Shown here: positions 63,686 through 64,000 of the stretch, one piece after another | Layout: each line of letters opens with the position of its first letter | How positions within the stretch are numbered: the first letter of the stretch is position 1 | Assembly (NCBI RefSeq): GCF_006345805.1 | Contig: NC_042999.1 | Coordinates: 114,762,001 to 114,826,000, forward strand | Source of the DNA: Octopus sinensis | Lineage: Eukaryota | DNA: 64,000 nucleotides | Direction: 5' to 3' | Program-made: the position numbers and the translations under genes | Notes under the pieces: model-generated | Database searches by the model: none | What the model was told of the DNA's origin: nothing | The model's input: only the letters and a program-made list of their open reading frames with translations

Positions 63686-64000
63686 ATACTTTATATATAT
63701 ATAACGAAAAACAAAACCAGTCAAAAGATGAACGGACTCAGTAGAGTCAACAGGCATCCAACAGCAGAAAGTGAGACTCCTTGTCTTTGCTTAGTCATCT
63801 CTCTTGCAGAAGGAAATTCTGAAATGATACTCACCTGATTACGAATCTAGAGATTTTGCATTTGCTTGTTTCTGCATTACTTGGTTTCGTAGGTAAGAGT
63901 CTTAACAGTATTGTGCCAGCTGTTATCAACTTTAAATTTCAGTGCGGGCATTGCTGACAACCATTGCCTTCAACATCTTTGGATAAGATAATTTGTTAGT

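Noticed and set aside
63809-63892. Coding exon with a strong acceptor (tctcttgcAG) and donor (GTAAGA)
   Set aside because: All three frames contain stops; it could only be a UTR exon, which cannot be supported without transcripts. An opposite-strand CAG|GTGAGT at 63827-63837 is equally unsupported

Overview
This is AT-rich, microsatellite-saturated animal DNA made mostly of transposon relics. The repeat families look like those of octopus or other coleoid cephalopods, which is an inference from recalled families and was not tested. No intact host gene, RNA gene or CRISPR array is supportable, and almost every entry in the ORF track is a translated microsatellite. Real coding signal comes from decayed mobile elements: restriction-like-endonuclease (RLE; R4/Dong-type) LINEs, RTE and CR1/L2-like LINE fragments, Penelope-like (GIY-YIG) fragments, two near-full hAT transposons, two mariners and maT (DD37D) pieces, plus MITEs and three tRNA-derived SINE families. 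Five observations stand out. (1) Three unrelated non-LTR lineages are each embedded in their own microsatellite: (TAA)n, (CATA)n and (TATC)n. (2) A SINE subfamily shares its 3' tail with the (TATC)n-linked element, which identifies a likely partner LINE. (3) There are several minimal hammerhead-ribozyme-like motifs with palindromic helix III, including a tandem 183-bp retrozyme-like repeat. (4) A ~1-kb near-perfect palindrome has one arm split by a later hAT insertion. (5) One hAT has an apparent 5-bp TSD. Coordinates were read by eye; ends of degenerate repeats are approximate to about 10-20 nt.
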